Source: the human T2T-CHM13v2.0 reference genome, Homo sapiens | Direction: 5' to 3' (one strand) | Length of the DNA stretch: 64,000 bases | NCBI RefSeq assembly: GCF_009914755.1 | Contig: NC_060940.1 | In this document: piece after piece, positions 63,566-64,000 of the stretch | Position numbering within the stretch: position 1 is the first letter of the stretch | How the letters are laid out: each line of letters starts with the position of its first letter | Notes under the pieces: model-generated | Told to the model about the DNA's origin: nothing | Databases searched by the model: none | The model's input: the letters and a program-made list of their open reading frames with translations, nothing else | Program-made: the position numbers and the translations under genes

Positions 63566-64000
63566 TAAAATATTTTATTGACTCTATATCCTCTAGGAAA
63601 AATGTCTAAGTTTCTGTGCTTAGCATACATAATTCCTCATAATCTACTTGCATGTCCCTTGCTTACTTTTTCCAGTTACAACTCCAGCATATGCACTTTT
63701 TAACCCCATTCATTTATTCAGCAGACATTTTGAGGGTGCCTACTCTTTACCAAGTATAAGGCATTAATCCTTCCAGACTTATAGGGGAACAACTTCTGGG
63801 GAAGCCACGCCTTACACTTTGCAGTGTAGCACTTAGAATCTGAGTTCAGAGGTTGGGAGATGAACCAGAACTCCAGTGGGTCCACCTCTTGGAGCATGGA
63901 GTTGGAGGAGGTGTAGTGTTAAGAAAGAAGACAAAGGTAAAGCAGCCAGAACTCTTGGTAAGCGAGCAGCCAAGGCTTGGGGGGCATGAGGACTTACCTG

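Overview
Human genomic DNA, the chr16p12.2 NDUFAB1-PALB2-DCTN5 locus. I identified it from the translated exons; the LTR5_Hs and AluYb elements point to human rather than another ape. The window holds NDUFAB1 coding exon 1 and its CpG-island promoter (minus strand, ~1.9-2.4 kb). It also holds the complete 13-exon PALB2 gene (minus strand, ATG 46965, stop 9268; exon CDS lengths sum to 3561 nt = 1186 aa) and DCTN5 coding exons 1-2 (plus strand). PALB2 and DCTN5 share a bidirectional CpG-island promoter, with ATGs 386 bp apart. The rest is dominated by repeats: about 90-100 Alu copies or fragments by manual count, L1/L2/MIR, MER DNA transposons, a HERV-K(HML-2) LTR5_Hs solo LTR, an LTR18-like solo LTR and a truncated U2 retrocopy. 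Almost all other ORFs in the track are Alu or L1 translation artefacts. This is a well-studied locus and I see no new multi-gene system. The most notable unexplained structures are: (1) a ~90% identical copy of part of PALB2 exon 4 in intron 3 that contains a potential in-frame 42-nt cassette exon whose acceptor is masked by a 12-bp hairpin; (2) 138-bp direct repeats that bracket PALB2 exon 5; (3) two solo LTRs stacked upstream of NDUFAB1; (4) a 101-bp hAT-like MITE built from two palindromic 22-bp direct repeats. All functional readings of these are hypotheses that need testing.
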